DNA from: Octopus vulgaris
Lineage: Eukaryota
Reading direction: 5' to 3'
DNA length: 64,000 bases
NCBI GenBank assembly: GCA_951406725.2
Contig: OX597831.1
Coordinates: 49,414,001 to 49,478,000 of the forward strand
Below are positions 13,772-27,444 of the stretch, one piece after another. Below the pieces are notes generated by a model that did not search any database, was not told the origin of the DNA, and was given only the letters and a program-made list of their open reading frames with translations. Positions within the stretch are counted from its first letter, which is position 1. Each line of letters begins with the position of its first letter. Made by a program: the position numbers and the translations under genes.

Positions 13772-14039
13772 CTCTCTCTATATATATATGTATGTATATA
13801 TATACATGCATACATTTATTTATGCATATATACATACAATGTAAATATTCGAAAAACTCAATTATGCATATACAGTAGCGTTACTTAAATTATAGTTAAT
13901 AGTACATTTATGATTAAACATTAATTATTTTCGTTCATTTAGTTACAATTCAAGCAATATGCAAATGGAAGAAACATTTTCTTTTATTCTTTTAAATGAT
14001 ATAAAGTTAAATATGAAAATTTTAATCAGTCTTATATAA

Positions 14040-14259
14040 TTAGGTTGGTGCCTAATCATTGCGGCTTTTTTCCAATCAATTTTATTCAACAAAAACAATA
14101 ACAGTATTTAACAAAAACGCCTTTAAATGATTATTCCGGAGCATATTCCCCATCTACTTCCATATCTGTTTGGCGTTTTGCTTAAATTGGCGTTTTGTTT
14201 AGATTATTAGTTGAATAAAATTTATTGAAAAAAGTCGCAATAATTATGCACCAGCCTAT
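14040..14259. mobile_element. Mariner-type MITE
   Basis: TIRs TTAGGTTGGTGCCTAATCATTGCGGCTTTTT / AAAAAGTCGCAATAATTATGCACCAGCCTA (Hsmar1/MADE1-like termini). Confidence 0.8.
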
Positions 14260-14404
14260 TAATTGTTCACGATATTGATAATACCACAAAATTAACATTT
14301 AACACATATAATATATATTTTTTGTAATTAAATATGTACTTTAAACTCGACATAAATGAGTCATATGGTTCCACTACTTGGTTGGGTAATACGGCTAGGA
14401 AGAA

Positions 14405-14767
14405 TCTCTCTCTATATAAACAGCAAAATGTCTGTGTGCGTGTCCTTTATACAAATCCACAATTTTTCAGTTAGAGGGATCGCACTTTCTATGGTCATTC
14501 AAACCCATCCAAGGGTGGTCGTGCACATCTTTACATTTCCCCAGTCACCTCGCAAAGCCATTAAAAATCAATAGAAGTGACATTTTTGTGAATTTTCTAT
14601 CCAAAACCCAATCAAAATGCCTGAAACCTGATACGCCAATTGAATGCCAGCTAGCTGTATGTGATTGGTCGGAGATTTGGACAGTACTCGCGTGTATGTG
14701 CGCACGCACACAGCTGTATATGCATGCACTAGCACTATGACTCGGCGTTGCCGGGTCATAGTGTTAG
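14405..14767 (+). mobile_element. Non-autonomous Helitron (second family)
   Basis: 5' A|TC..TATATAAA; terminal palindrome CTAGCACTATGACTCGGCGTTGCCGGGTCATAGTGTTAG|T. Confidence 0.75.
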
Positions 14768-14857
14768 TAATCTATAATGCACCATTGATGTGTATCTGCA
14801 ATCTATGATTTCGTTGATAAAAATTTTCGCAACAACTCATCTTTTGTCTTTTAATAT

Positions 14858-15455
14858 TTACTTGTGTCAGTCATCATATTGCGGACATGTTGGACACCGC
14901 GTTGACGGGTTTTAGTGGGAAGATAACAGCTCCAGTATTTATATTTTAGTCTGGTATTTATTCTAAAGTCTCTTTGGCTGAACGATTGTCAGGTGATACA
15001 CACACGCGTGCACACACACACACACACACGCGTGCACACACATACACGTGTGCACACACACACACACGTGCACACACACACACGCGTGCACACACACACA
15101 CGCGTGCACACACACACACACACGCGTGCACACACACACACGCGCGTGCACACACACACACACGCGTGCACACACACACACACACGCGTGCACACACACA
15201 CACGCGTGCACACACATACACGCGTGCACACACACACACACACACGTGTGCACACACACACACACACGCGTGCACACACACACACACACGCGTGCACACA
15301 CACACACATACACACACTCTTTCTCTATCTCTATCTCTCTCCCCCCTCTCTCTCTCACTCTCACACACAACGGCTCCCACACAGATTCCCTCTACGAATT
15401 TCACGCTGTAACAGAAGACACTTACCCAAGGTGGTGCACAGTGGGACTGAGCCCA
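14858..15455 (-). mobile_element. Decayed SINE family B whose internal microsatellite is replaced by a minisatellite
   Basis: Tail-like TTACTTGTGTCAGTCAT at 14858; head-like AGAAGACACTTACCCAAGGTGGTGCACAGTGGGACTGA at about 15412. Confidence 0.6.
14997..15316. repeat. Minisatellite [(CA)n CGCGTG] with units of about 18-24 bp
   Basis: Repeated CACACACACACACGCGTG, with CACGTGTG variants. Confidence 0.95.
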
Positions 15456-15610
15456 AAAATTGAAAATAATAAAGAAATCCTAGAAACCCCTTGTATCCGA
15501 CCTGACCACTTAATAGTTTGAGTCCGATTGAGACTAGAAACATGTCTATTCTACGCTGCTCCTAACAAATTTGATACGATCACATCTGTACACACACACA
15601 CACACACACA

Positions 15611-15648
<38 letters not shown>

Positions 15649-15662
15649 TCTCCTTATTTCTT

Positions 15663-15862
15663 ATTTCTTTATTGCCCACAAAGGGCTAAACATAGAGGGG
15701 ACAAAAAGGACAGGCAAACGGATTAAGTCGATTACATCGACCCCAGTGCGTAACTGGTACTTAAATTATCGACCCCGAAAGGATGAAAGGCAAAGTCGAC
15801 CTCGGCGGAATTTGAACTCACAACCTAAAGACATTTCGTCCGGCGTGCTAACGTTTCTGCCA
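15663..15862 (-). mobile_element. SINE family A
   Basis: Matches the copies at 25077 and 56291. Confidence 0.85.
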
Positions 15863-16767
15863 TCTATGATATTTCCATCACCATCCTCCACTTCTAGATT
15901 CATGCTTCTTGGAAGGAACTTTTCTCTTGTACAACGTCGAACATACAAGGAGTTACCTTACTAGAACTAGACAAATTAAATTTTAAGTTGTTCGGTCTCA
16001 AAATTGTTTATCATTCTAACGAGGTTCAACGTTTTCGCTTCTAAATGAGTCAAATGTGAGTTTTTCGAAAATTCGCGGTTTTTACGTGCAGTATGTCCAA
16101 CAAATCTATATTGCCTTCATCGATTTTTCATAGTACTGATAATAACCTACAGGTGGTATTTCTATCAAACTTCGTTCAAAATGCCTGTATAAATCCTTTT
16201 CCCTGTTCTTTGACGACAACGGGTGAATGTATCGCTTCTCTATTTAGATTTATTTCCCGATCGACGATGGTCGTCATAGGCTCAAATTCCACTAAAATTG
16301 ATGAGCAGCAATGCAAAGCCTTGAAACACGTTAGCTATAGGTTAGAAATATACTTTCAGCTTATGCAATTGGTCACTCATCAACCGTATCTCTGATGTTG
16401 AGCTTCTTCATTTAACGCCAATAGTAACACTTAGAATGATATATCGAAATAGCTATTAATACACTTTCTTACTTAATTAGCGTATCTAATCAAATATTGA
16501 AATTAAAACTTCCAATTTTGTAAAAATATTCTTAAATTAATGCTGATCACATTTATGACTTTATTAATTCTATAAATATGTACTTATTATGTTAATTATA
16601 TTAATCAAAATTCGTGTTTAATCTAATGTTACTGAAAACACGAAAATGTTTTCTCTCCATATATGTATTTAAAATTCGAATCGTAAGTGATTAATTAAAC
16701 GAAATGAACGCTTAGTAGTATTCTTTATAAACTAAACGAGGGAACTATATGTATATATATATACACA

Positions 16768-16841
<74 letters not shown>

Positions 16842-16896
16842 TATATATAGTTGAAAAAGGAGTAGAGATCTATAGAAATCAAATTTTTAAGTATGA

Positions 16897-17192
16897 AAAA
16901 GATGGAGGTGGAAATAGCAGAAGAAGTTAGTCTAAAACATTTCAATTTAAGAGAGAATTTAATAAAAGATTACATCTTGATCACCAGTCAGGTTCTTGAC
17001 CACCAGACAGAAGACAGACTATTTTTACTTCAAATCTTTGAAAGTTTTGTAAATTTTTACTGATATTTGATTAGATGAAATACATCGAAACCGGTAATAT
17101 TAATATTTTTATTTATATAATCTTTTATTAAATTCCCTCTTAAATTGAAATGTCTTAGACTTGCTTCTATGATATTTCCACCTCCATCTTTT
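16897..17192. repeat. Inverted repeat (arms about 77 bp) between microsatellites
   Basis: AAAAGATGGAGGTGGAAATA...AATTTAATAAAAGATTA (16897-16973) versus TAATCTTTTATTAAATT...TATTTCCACCTCCATCTTTT (17118-17192). Confidence 0.85.
17063..17100 (+). ncRNA. Degenerate minimal type-I hammerhead motif
   Basis: AUAU-UUGAUUA-GAUG-AAAUA-CAUC-GAAA-CCGGUA-AUAU. Stems I and II are perfect and stem III is palindromic (ACCGGU). Two core substitutions relative to CUGAUGA. Confidence 0.6.
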
Positions 17193-17220
17193 ACAACCCC
17201 ACGTGTTCGTGTGTATATGT

Positions 17221-17283
<63 letters not shown>

Positions 17284-17293
17284 TATGTATATG

Positions 17294-17349
<56 letters not shown>

Positions 17350-17431
17350 TATATATTCATATATATCCATATATACATTTAAATATTTACATGTATACAC
17401 ACACATAGGCACACACATACACACATTTATA

Positions 17432-18262
17432 TTGGTTTAGTCAACATGTCCGCTTGACACCAAACTTCAAGCACTCTAATAAGTAGCTAACTTCAGTCTG
17501 TTCTTTGCGCATGCGCACTGATTAGGTACTTGACACTTCAGCAATGTTCGAGGTGAACCCGCGACGATACAGGCTGCACTTTTTGCTCTTGGGATTAACC
17601 TCAAAATGGAGAAACACAGCGAATATCATCGACAGAGCATACTTTTATATTTGGAAAAAGGCAAGAAACCGGTGGAAACTGGCAGGATGATATTCGTTGT
17701 GTATGGAAAGGATGCTGTTATGGAACGTGATTGTCAGAAGTGGTTTACAAGATTACAATCAGGAAATTTTTCGGTTCAAGATGCACTCCACTCTGGCCGG
17801 GCAGCTGAGATTAATTGCGGCAAAATGAAGTCAGTCGACGCCAGGATGCTAGTAGACATTTCCCAAATATCCAAATTGAGTGTTGGGAAAATCATCTGGT
17901 TACGTCAGCATATTCGATGTTTGGGTGACGCATCAATTGAATGAGCTTAAAGTAGCCCTACGGATTTCCATTTGCAATTCGCAGCAGAAGCGGGAAGAAA
18001 ACAAAAACCAGCTACTTATTATTGTAGAGAATCGTAACACGGGATGAAAACTCAATCGTCTATAACAAAAAGATGTACAAACGCTTTGCGATTACAACTT
18101 GTGTCTTATTTTCGCTTAAAAGACCGAACAGACACCATGCTCAATCCAATCCATCCATCCATCCATACATGGACTCAACCATAGTTATGGACTCAACCAT
18201 GTTCTAAAATAAGTCGAACGGTAAGCTACTATAAATCGGCACGAACTTTCCGGACAACCCAA
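17432..18262 (+). mobile_element. Internally deleted mariner element with transposase pseudogene
   Basis: ORF at 17606 (MEKHSEYHRQSILLYLEKGKKPVETGRMIFVVYGKDAVMERDCQKWFTRLQSGNFSVQDALHSGR) is a mariner N-terminal HTH. A frameshifted RIVT-GDE-IVYN remnant lies at about 18030. Right TIR ...GGACAACCCAA followed by TA. Confidence 0.85.
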
Positions 18263-18406
18263 TACTTTGTGAAGGACTCCTTTCACTTTCATACCAACAT
18301 ACACACACGAGCGCATATAATTCAGTTAACTGTTCTTTGCTTTTCGTTTTCTTAGTAGATGCTTAATTATTAGAACGAAATCTTTCTCCGCCTCCGAAAC
18401 ATGTTA

Positions 18407-18493
<87 letters not shown>

Positions 18494-19047
18494 TTCAAAG
18501 GGTATGCAGATCATTCACAAACGTGAGTGTACAAAATTACGTTTACATTATTCCACATTCTAAAGCAAACGTCTGTAACATTTGTTGGTATTGTGATATT
18601 TGAAGGAGAAAAGAAATGCATATTTATCGCTTTGAATTATTTGAATTTTCTTCTGGTCATTTCAAATTATCTGTGATTCGCTTTCATCTTAATGAACAAT
18701 ACACAGCGCATTGTCGCAGAGAATATTAGCATTGTAATTTTTAATAAAAGCAATGGTTTGCAATTTCTCATAATACATTGTTGGTGCATATTAAACAAAT
18801 CTAATACGTTGAAAAATGTAAATTTCCTTCAAGAATCGAATTTGCAACTATTATTCTATCTCGGTTTATATAGTCTAGGAATTCAGTTTTGTAGTTTCAC
18901 TAAAACTTTCAGCCAAAGCACTTCATACTTCGATGCTTCGTGCCGTGTTTACAAGTATTTGTCATGAAAAGAAAATACAGTGTTTCGGGACCTGAAACGA
19001 GCCCTTCACAAAGTAGATGCCCATGATGGAAAGGAAAAGTCACGAGG

Positions 19048-19268
19048 AGTGGCGGTTAGCACGCCGGGCGAAATGCCTTGCGGTATTTCGTCTGCCGTTA
19101 CGTTCTGAGTTCAAATTCCGCCGAGGTCGACTTTGCCTTTCATCCTTTCGGGGTCGATAAATTAAAGTACCAGTTACGCACTGGGGTCGATGTAATCGAC
19201 TTAATACCTATGTCTGTCCTTGTTTGTCCCCTCTATGTTTAGCCCCTTGTGGGTAATAAAGGAATAGG
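19048..19268 (+). mobile_element. SINE family A
   Basis: GTTAGCACGCCGGGCGAAATG...GAGTTCAAATTCCGCCGAGGTCGACTTTGCCTTTCATCCTTTCGGGGTCGATAAATTAAAGTACCAG. Confidence 0.85.
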
Positions 19269-19972
19269 TATAAAAAATCTCTATAACGAACCGACACTTG
19301 CATATTCATTCTATCTGCAACCCAAACTTGAATTCGAAGTCATATGATCAGTTTCTTGTATCGTTATTATGTATCGAATTCTCTCACCAGCAAACCAGTA
19401 TTACAAACGGTCTTCATTCCTAGCATATCATATTCTGGATCAATCAATCCAGTATATTCATCCATTTTTTAAGGTTGAGTGTACTCCCAGGACATTTTGA
19501 CTGGTTTTTACTAGAAGGTTGAGTGGCAGCACAAACAATCTTTCGTTGGGCGGCACATAGCCAATAGATCTAGGACTGGTAAGATGGCGAACAAAAACGT
19601 GAAGGGAAAGATGAAAAACACCACCGATATGATAATATAAAAACAGCCCTTTTATAAATCTTAAAGTTGAAAGAGCGAGAATATTTCTGGTCATTGGCGA
19701 AAGTACTCGATTAATAAAATTTTGCAACTTTTTATCAAGAATTCTTTAATGTATATAGAATGCAAATAGGCGATCGAGAACCGTTGACCGAAAAAAAAAG
19801 ACTGATTGAAATAATTAATTGGACGGTAGCAAATGTTCAATTAATACAATAAGGTAATATAATCAAGTTTTAATAACATAATTTTTTCTATTTCTGGCTA
19901 AAAGCGGGTATGTTTTATGCAAAAATCTGTATATTTACACTCTAGAAACATCGCAGACAAACATATAGCGTG

Positions 19973-20047
<75 letters not shown>

Positions 20048-20311
20048 ACACACATATCTGCAGTTGCATATAACATAAGATTGTATTTTGTATAATACAA
20101 ATAAAAAAGGGGAAATTCTTTTAATAAAATGTAACAATATAAACTTTTACAGTTAACTTATTTCTATATTTCGAATATTTTCTTATAATTCGACTAACTG
20201 TTGATTCAAAGAACTGTTATTCTTCTAAACTGCTTTATCGAACAATTGAACGATGTTGCGTACATTCCGTAAAAGTACTTTGGATAAATTACTACCAAAC
20301 CGACGTGTCTT

Positions 20312-20354
<43 letters not shown>

Positions 20355-20364
20355 CATACATACT

Positions 20365-20414
<50 letters not shown>

Positions 20415-22809
20415 AGGATAAAACCGATATTTAAATATCGATCTTATCAAGTGGCTAGCATGGGAATAAAAACCTTTCAAATGTAATAATTATTTAAAAT
20501 CATAATTTATGGTATCTAAGAGCTACCCCCACGCTGAAAATAGTCAAAACCTGACTCTAAAGCTACATTAAATGTTCATATAGCACCAGGAGAGAATACA
20601 AAGAGACAAAATAAATTAGCAGAAAAAATAAACTATATATATATATAAAAATTATCTTAGGTAACAAGGTAGAAGTTAAACACTCGACAGTGAAAGGTCA
20701 TTTTCTCAGTTCAATCTGATATTTGAACGGATTTTGATATTTGCCTTTCGGCAGCCATTATCAAAAAATCGTCAAATTAATTTTTGACAACAGAAAATTA
20801 CGTTCTGTACCTGCAGGCGGTTTTCATTTATAACTCCACAACTTTGCTTTTTTTTTTTTTACCATTCACCAACAACTCATACTTTTTTAAAAGTTACTTC
20901 CATTAAAAAGTCAATCATGTAATTCTATTACATAAGTTTAACAACTCAACTAGTTAGTTATGCGGTTGCTGTTATTGTTTTGCATCAAATCATCCCTGAA
21001 GTATTTGACCTATGATCAAAAAGGCCTGCTGTCTCTGGGACGACATTATCCACGCGTTCTTTCATTTTCTTTTAAACATCTTTAAAGGCTAATTTTTTGT
21101 TGAAATAGACTAATTTGGAATCAATTTGAAAATAATGAAGAACTTACTTAGATGGTATTTGCCCGGAACACAATTGATATGAGACTTTCATAGAAAGTTT
21201 TAATTCACACAAAATTAATTAAATTAAATTTAATTGAAAAGTTCTCTTTGAAATAGGAAGTTAGTATCGTATAACTCAGGGCAATCTCTGGTGGTTGGCT
21301 TCAAAAGGAAAACCAACCTTTTTCAAAGCAAACGAAACGGCTGTTACTTAAGAATTATTACTTCTAGCCAATGCGGGTTCATGGTACATGGTAAGGTGGT
21401 CGACCATTTGACTGGAGGTTGCAACCTTGCATAAAAGCCAAAAATAACAAAAATACCCACGAGATATCGTTTAATATATTTGTTTTAAATCTTTCTCTAG
21501 GATCGATAAAATCGATAGGAAAAATTCTGTAGAATTTTTAATAGCATTTATTATGCATAGTCACAGTTGTGGTAATAACGATTACATATGCTGCTGTTAC
21601 TGTAGTTATCAGTGGTGCAGTTATCCTTATTGCTTTTGTTATTGCTGCTGTATTGTCAGGCGTGATCGAGATGCCTTTATCCAAAAGTGTAGAAGTCGTG
21701 ATCGTAGCTCTTTTTTTTTCACGTCGTTACATTTTTTAGAAAACGATTTAATAATGGTTCTCTGTGTGCTTGACTGTGTAGTGCACAACAAATCAGATTT
21801 CAAATTAAATTTACCGGCACCGGTCGCATCGAAAGTTTTTTTTCTTTTTAAAGTATGTTTTAGAGTTAAAAATTTATAAAAGAAAATGTTGCTTATCTTC
21901 ATTTATTAATCTTGCTTGCATGTAAAAAATATATGAATAATACGTTTTTCAAGGTGTTCAAGTATTAGTTAATTTTTTTTACGGCTATAAATTATATTTA
22001 TAAAGATCTGCAGCGTACTTTGATACCCCTTAAGAAGTACTGTTTATCAGAGAATGTGAGTGTATGCAGTGTAAGAGATAGATTCAGCTGCTATTACTGG
22101 GAATTCGAACAACTGTGCAAATGCTTTTCTTGAAAGCACTCTGTTGTTGTTGGGCTTAATGGTGGAGGTCTTAGTAGTGGTTATGGAAGCAATGCTAGTG
22201 TTTCTGTCGGCGCTAACATCAATGACAAAAGGTGGTGAGGTAGCAGAGTTGTTAGAGATTTGCAATAAATTGCTTTTGGGTATTTGATCCAGTGCTTAAT
22301 GTTCTAAGTTCGAAACATGTTGAGATCAACTTTGACTCTCATCTATCCAAAATCGATGAAATAAGATATCAGTGAAGTACACGGGTCGATGATATCAACT
22401 AACCTCTTCGCATCAAATTTTCTGGCTTTATGTCTAAATCAAAGACCGTTATTATCAATGACGAAATAAGTGTAGTGGGTTGTCAGACTGGAAACAACGT
22501 TAAACATCATACGTTTTGGTATATATTCTGGATCTTTACGCTCTGGGCTAAAACCACATCCCGGTCGACTTTACCTTTCATCTTTTTGGATTCACTAAAG
22601 TCAAGAACTAGTCAAGCACTGGAGTTGGTTTAATCGACTCGCCTCCTTCCTCCTAATTACATACCTTGTGCCTAAATCAGAAATAATAATTATTAAGGCA
22701 TCACATTTGTGGAGTCATTAGAGTATAAATAAATAAATGAGTATAACTTGCAGTATTTTTTCTGTCTTTACATTCCGAGTTCGATATTCGCCGAGATCAA
22801 ATTATGTCA

Positions 22810-23241
22810 CACTTGGGACCAGAAGTATTTCAGATTTCGGAGTGATTGCTTGTTGTTAACTATAAAATGGGGCAACTTGGTTATAGACCTATATTTAAAC
22901 TTGTTACGCAATTACATTCCATAATGCAGCTAATAACATGTTGATAGTTGTAGGTTCCGTGTCACACTACATCATGTAACAGTTGCATTTTGGGAACATT
23001 TCATTTTTTACCAAAATAACATTGCGTATTACATGTTCATTTCAGCTTGGTAACTATATCAGGAAGCTTACATATTGCTGCAGGTATTCAGATTTTCATT
23101 TTATGCTAAACCACAAAACTTATTATTTTTAAACCTATATTTCTCGAGAATTTTCCATTCGTGATGTTTCTGTCAGTCGATAAATCATCGGAATTTGGAA
23201 TTGTTTTTGATTTCTAAATATCAGATAAAAGATTATCAACT
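22810..23241. mobile_element. Decayed Tigger/pogo-type MITE (MER46-like termini, from recollection)
   Basis: CTTGGGACCAGAAGTATTTCAGATTTCGGA near the left end; CAGATAAAAGATTATCAACTC at the right end. Confidence 0.5.
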
Positions 23242-23399
23242 CCATCTACATTCCACATTCAAGCGCCACCAACAGTGATCTCGTCTTTGAACCATGCATA
23301 TCAAACAAATGGAACAAAATCTATGTAGTACTGAGTTGATTTACATTCTTAGTAAACATGTTTTGGTGGTTCTTGTGCCAATTCATAGAATAATATATA

Positions 23400-23815
23400 T
23401 CTATATAATAAAGCTCAACGCCTGTGTGTCTGTGTGTCTGTACATCTATAGGACGAAAGGGAGTAGAAGATACATAAAAACAAAGTATGTGTTTTCATGT
23501 AAAATTTTATGAGAAAGATGATGAGCTACCTAAAATTTACTTTCCATTGCGATTAGGGGCCTTAAGTGTGTGTGTGTGGGGGGGGAATAACACCTGTGAA
23601 ATGAAAATAACAACATAACTACTAGGTACTAAATAAAGACGATTTCCAAAATTTCACCATCTTACAATATTATTTAACCCACTAATGAGGTTTATAACAC
23701 GGGACAGAGACCCCTTTGAAAGTGCAAATACATCCACTTTTCGTGGAAGATACATAAAATTTAAGTATGTGTTCTTGGAATAGGTGTACTACAAAACTAC
23801 AACAATGCATGTCTC
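23400..23815 (+). mobile_element. Probable 5' part of a Helitron-like element
   Basis: TCTATATAATAAA followed by GTCT-rich microsatellite; internal repeat GAAGATACATAAAA..AAGTATGTGTT; no 3' hairpin seen. Confidence 0.4.
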
Positions 23816-23817
23816 AA

Positions 23818-23852
<35 letters not shown>

Positions 23853-24169
23853 AGTATATATATATATATATATTTACATATAATAAATATTACAGGGAAA
23901 AATTTTGTCGATCAAGACAAGAAACAATTATATTTACATATATATATACATGCATATATATATACATGCATATATATATATATATCCTTAAATCCTAAAA
24001 AATGTTTTAGCCCGAAGGCCGCGGCCATGCTGGGGCACCAACAAACATACATTATACATATATATACGTGTATATAAATACATATATATATATACACAAT
24101 ATATGTATGTATATATACTTATATATATATGTATTTATATAGACCTATATTAATATTCTATAATTATAA

Positions 24170-24470
24170 ACATAATTATAATTAGGGGTCAGTTAATTGC
24201 TTTACCACATACTGATTTTAGAAATAGGAGTTAAAAATTCTTTTTCTACTACTGAAAGAATCTCCCAGACATTAACACACTTTTCTCTTTGACTACGTAA
24301 AAAAGTGTGCTACTGTCTGGATTTCTTACATATTTGCTTTGTGCTTTGAAACGCGCGTATGTAATTAATCCAAATTTGTATTAAATCTAGTTTTGATGCA
24401 GCATCTTTTTCTCCTCCATTTTTATATAATTGTTTATGGTATATTTATACCTATAACGATATTTTAAAAC
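24170..24470 (-). pseudogene. Highly decayed Penelope-like GIY-YIG remnant
   Basis: Frameshifted pieces LHTRVSKHKAN and VWEILSVV on the minus strand resemble the R...H...W.I part of PLE endonucleases. Confidence 0.35.
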
Positions 24471-24535
24471 ATATATATATATATATGTTTAAAAGGAGGG
24501 TAACTCCCTAGCTGTAATCCCATGGTCGTTCATAC

Positions 24536-24593
<58 letters not shown>

Positions 24594-24773
24594 CATATAC
24601 ATATATCTATATATATTCATACATGTTATAAAGGGGGTCAGTTTAAGGGGCTGTCCTGGGTTTCTCGTTCATAAAGGGTTTAGCCTCACGGTGTATCTTC
24701 GGACCCCAAACGCTGCTGTCCTAAGACCTCTTCAAAATATGGGGGGGGGATGCCTTTCACTCTCTATCTCTCT

Positions 24774-24824
<51 letters not shown>

Positions 24825-24826
<2 letters not shown>

Positions 24827-25060
24827 AAACAAGGTAGAAAAATAATACTCGAATACCGAAGGTAGTATAGCGTGTCAATTAAAACTGTAAAAATCTTCAC
24901 AAACTGTTACTCAGAGTTTCTCCTCACCATTCAACGGACAATTGTGATGAATACTTAATTAAAATTTTGCTTCAGTATTCAACACTGCTGTCCAACGAAC
25001 GGGAAAGTGAAATTCTAACAGTTTCTTAAGATTTTTGAGGCTTTATAAAGTATATGCATG
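24825..25060. mobile_element. Fold-back insert in (TA)n carrying two opposed degenerate hammerhead motifs
   Basis: 24904-24940 CTGTTACTCAGAGTTTCTCCTCACCATTCAACGGACA (minus) and 24988-25021 CTGTCCAACGAACGGGAAAGTGAAATTCTAACAG (plus). Both align to the 28775-28812 motif. Confidence 0.65.
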
Positions 25061-25076
25061 CATTCATACATATATA

Positions 25077-25303
25077 TTTCTTTACTACCCACAAGGGGCT
25101 AAACACAGAGGGGACAAACAAGGACAGACAAACGGATTAAGTCATTACATCGACCTCAGTGCATAACTGCTACTTAATTTATCGACCCCGAAAAGATGAA
25201 AGGCAAAGTCGACCTCGGCGGAATTTGAACTCAGCACGTAACGGCAGACGAAATACGGCTACGCATTTCGCCCGGCGTGCTAACGTTTCTGCCAGCTCGC
25301 CGC
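25077..25303 (-). mobile_element. SINE family A (full length)
   Basis: Reverse complement of 27445-27678. Confidence 0.9.
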
Positions 25304-25429
25304 ATTCATACATATATACACACACATACATGCATGCATGCACACAAACGCATAAACATAATCATGTATGTGTTCTGTGTATATGTATGAACGTATGTAT
25401 GTATGTATGTATGTATGTATGTATGTATG

Positions 25430-25496
<67 letters not shown>

Positions 25497-25787
25497 ATTT
25501 CTCTATACCGATAATATCTATAAATATTGTTTCCCTTGGCACGTTTTCTTTTAAGTAAGGACATCCTTCGAAACGAGGAAAATATTTATTCATTCAGTTG
25601 ATGTTTTCTTTTCTGTTCTTGATTATTTTCTTATAATTCCCTGTCTCGGTTACTATATAGATTTCCTCCGAAAGTGAGAGAGATAGGAAATGGAGAGAAA
25701 GAAACTTTCCCTCATTAGAAATTGAATCATATTAATAGCAGTAACAGTTTTCTCAACTTTCGCTATAAATCGTTTTTGTATTATATT

Positions 25788-25842
<55 letters not shown>

Positions 25843-26102
25843 TATTTGCACACGACAAAATTGAATCTACATATTTACGAACGAAAGTACATGCATGCAC
25901 ACACAGAGGCACGCACGCATGCAAAGCAAACATACACGCACGCGAGGCACTCAATCACACACGCACAGACGCAGACACACACATGTAAATATGCTAACAT
26001 ATGTGTGCATGCATATACAACATTGCATACATTTATGCACGTATGCATATATATACATACATTTCTATATCTGTTAGTATATATATACATACATACATAC
26101 AT

Positions 26103-26163
<61 letters not shown>

Positions 26164-26228
26164 AACACGCATATATGCATACATATATACCCATGATAGG
26201 TAGATAATCTTTACAAAAATTCAAATAA

Positions 26229-26280
<52 letters not shown>

Positions 26281-26327
26281 TAAATAGACACATATACATA
26301 TATAAATACATATATATATACATATAC

Positions 26328-26386
<59 letters not shown>

Positions 26387-27050
26387 TATGTTTTTTCTAC
26401 GTATATGTATGTGTGTACAACTATAAGTGTTCAGTATCCGATTATCATTTGTTATCGGAAGCTTTAAGACTTACTTAAAACATTCTAAAAGTGACGTTTT
26501 ATTTTGATTATTCTAATTCCTGTCAGTGAGTGGTTCAGCTACACAATTTCTCCATCATCTAACGTTCTCTATATATTGCTTTCGTTACCCATCGCACAAA
26601 TAACAATGCTATTATTTTTACAAACAGAAACCGGCTTAATTCCGCAGTCTGGTCTAACTGCAGCTCGATTTCGATTTCCGGTTATAACTGTTCCATTTCA
26701 AATTGCGACATTATCCTTGTGACGTCTATGAACACCAGAACACACAAAAAAAAATCCTCTCGATGAAAACTACAGGCATTTTCTCTGTAATTTGGGCAAG
26801 GGACTTCTATCAAAGCTTCGTATAAGTGAATTTAGAGGACGGAATCCGTGGGGAAGGAGACGAACATCAATTTTCCTATGTGACCGGTGATCGGCTTGAA
26901 AAATTTTAAAGATATATTTCGTAGCATGAAACCAATACACAAGTAAAGAATCTTTATCCATCAATGCGATGCTGAGCATGCGCTCTAATTGTTCGATATT
27001 TACACACACACACACACGCACACACGCACACACACACACACACACGCGCG

Positions 27051-27099
<49 letters not shown>

Positions 27100-27444
27100 C
27101 TTTTAAATTCGTCTATGGCAGCGTTAGGGGTTTGCTGGCTACCGTCTAATGATACTGACTAGTAAGTCAGTTTTTCGGGGTTGCATCATGGTTATACCAA
27201 TATAATGTAGGATAAATATAATAATAGCAATAATTCGCGGATGGAATTTATATAATTTAATTAATTAATTAATATAATATAATTAAATTAATTAATCAAT
27301 CAGTTAATTAATAATTTTACCAAGTAGATCGGTACGTTAAAATAACCTTTATAGGTGAAATATATAATAACCTTTATAGATAAAATATATAATTCACAAG
27401 ACTTTAACATCAGAGTTGGTGTCCTTGGGATTAGTACAATATAG

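Noticed and set aside
14997-15316. CRISPR-like array
   Set aside because: The spacers are just (CA)n, the context is eukaryotic, and there are no cas genes.
16298-16333. Hammerhead-like TTGATGAG...GAAACACGTTA
   Set aside because: The core is mutated and neither stem I nor stem II pairs.
24346-24360. GAAACGCGCGTA as a hammerhead 3' half
   Set aside because: There is no upstream CUGANGA, and it is better explained as antisense of the HTRVSKH coding remnant.
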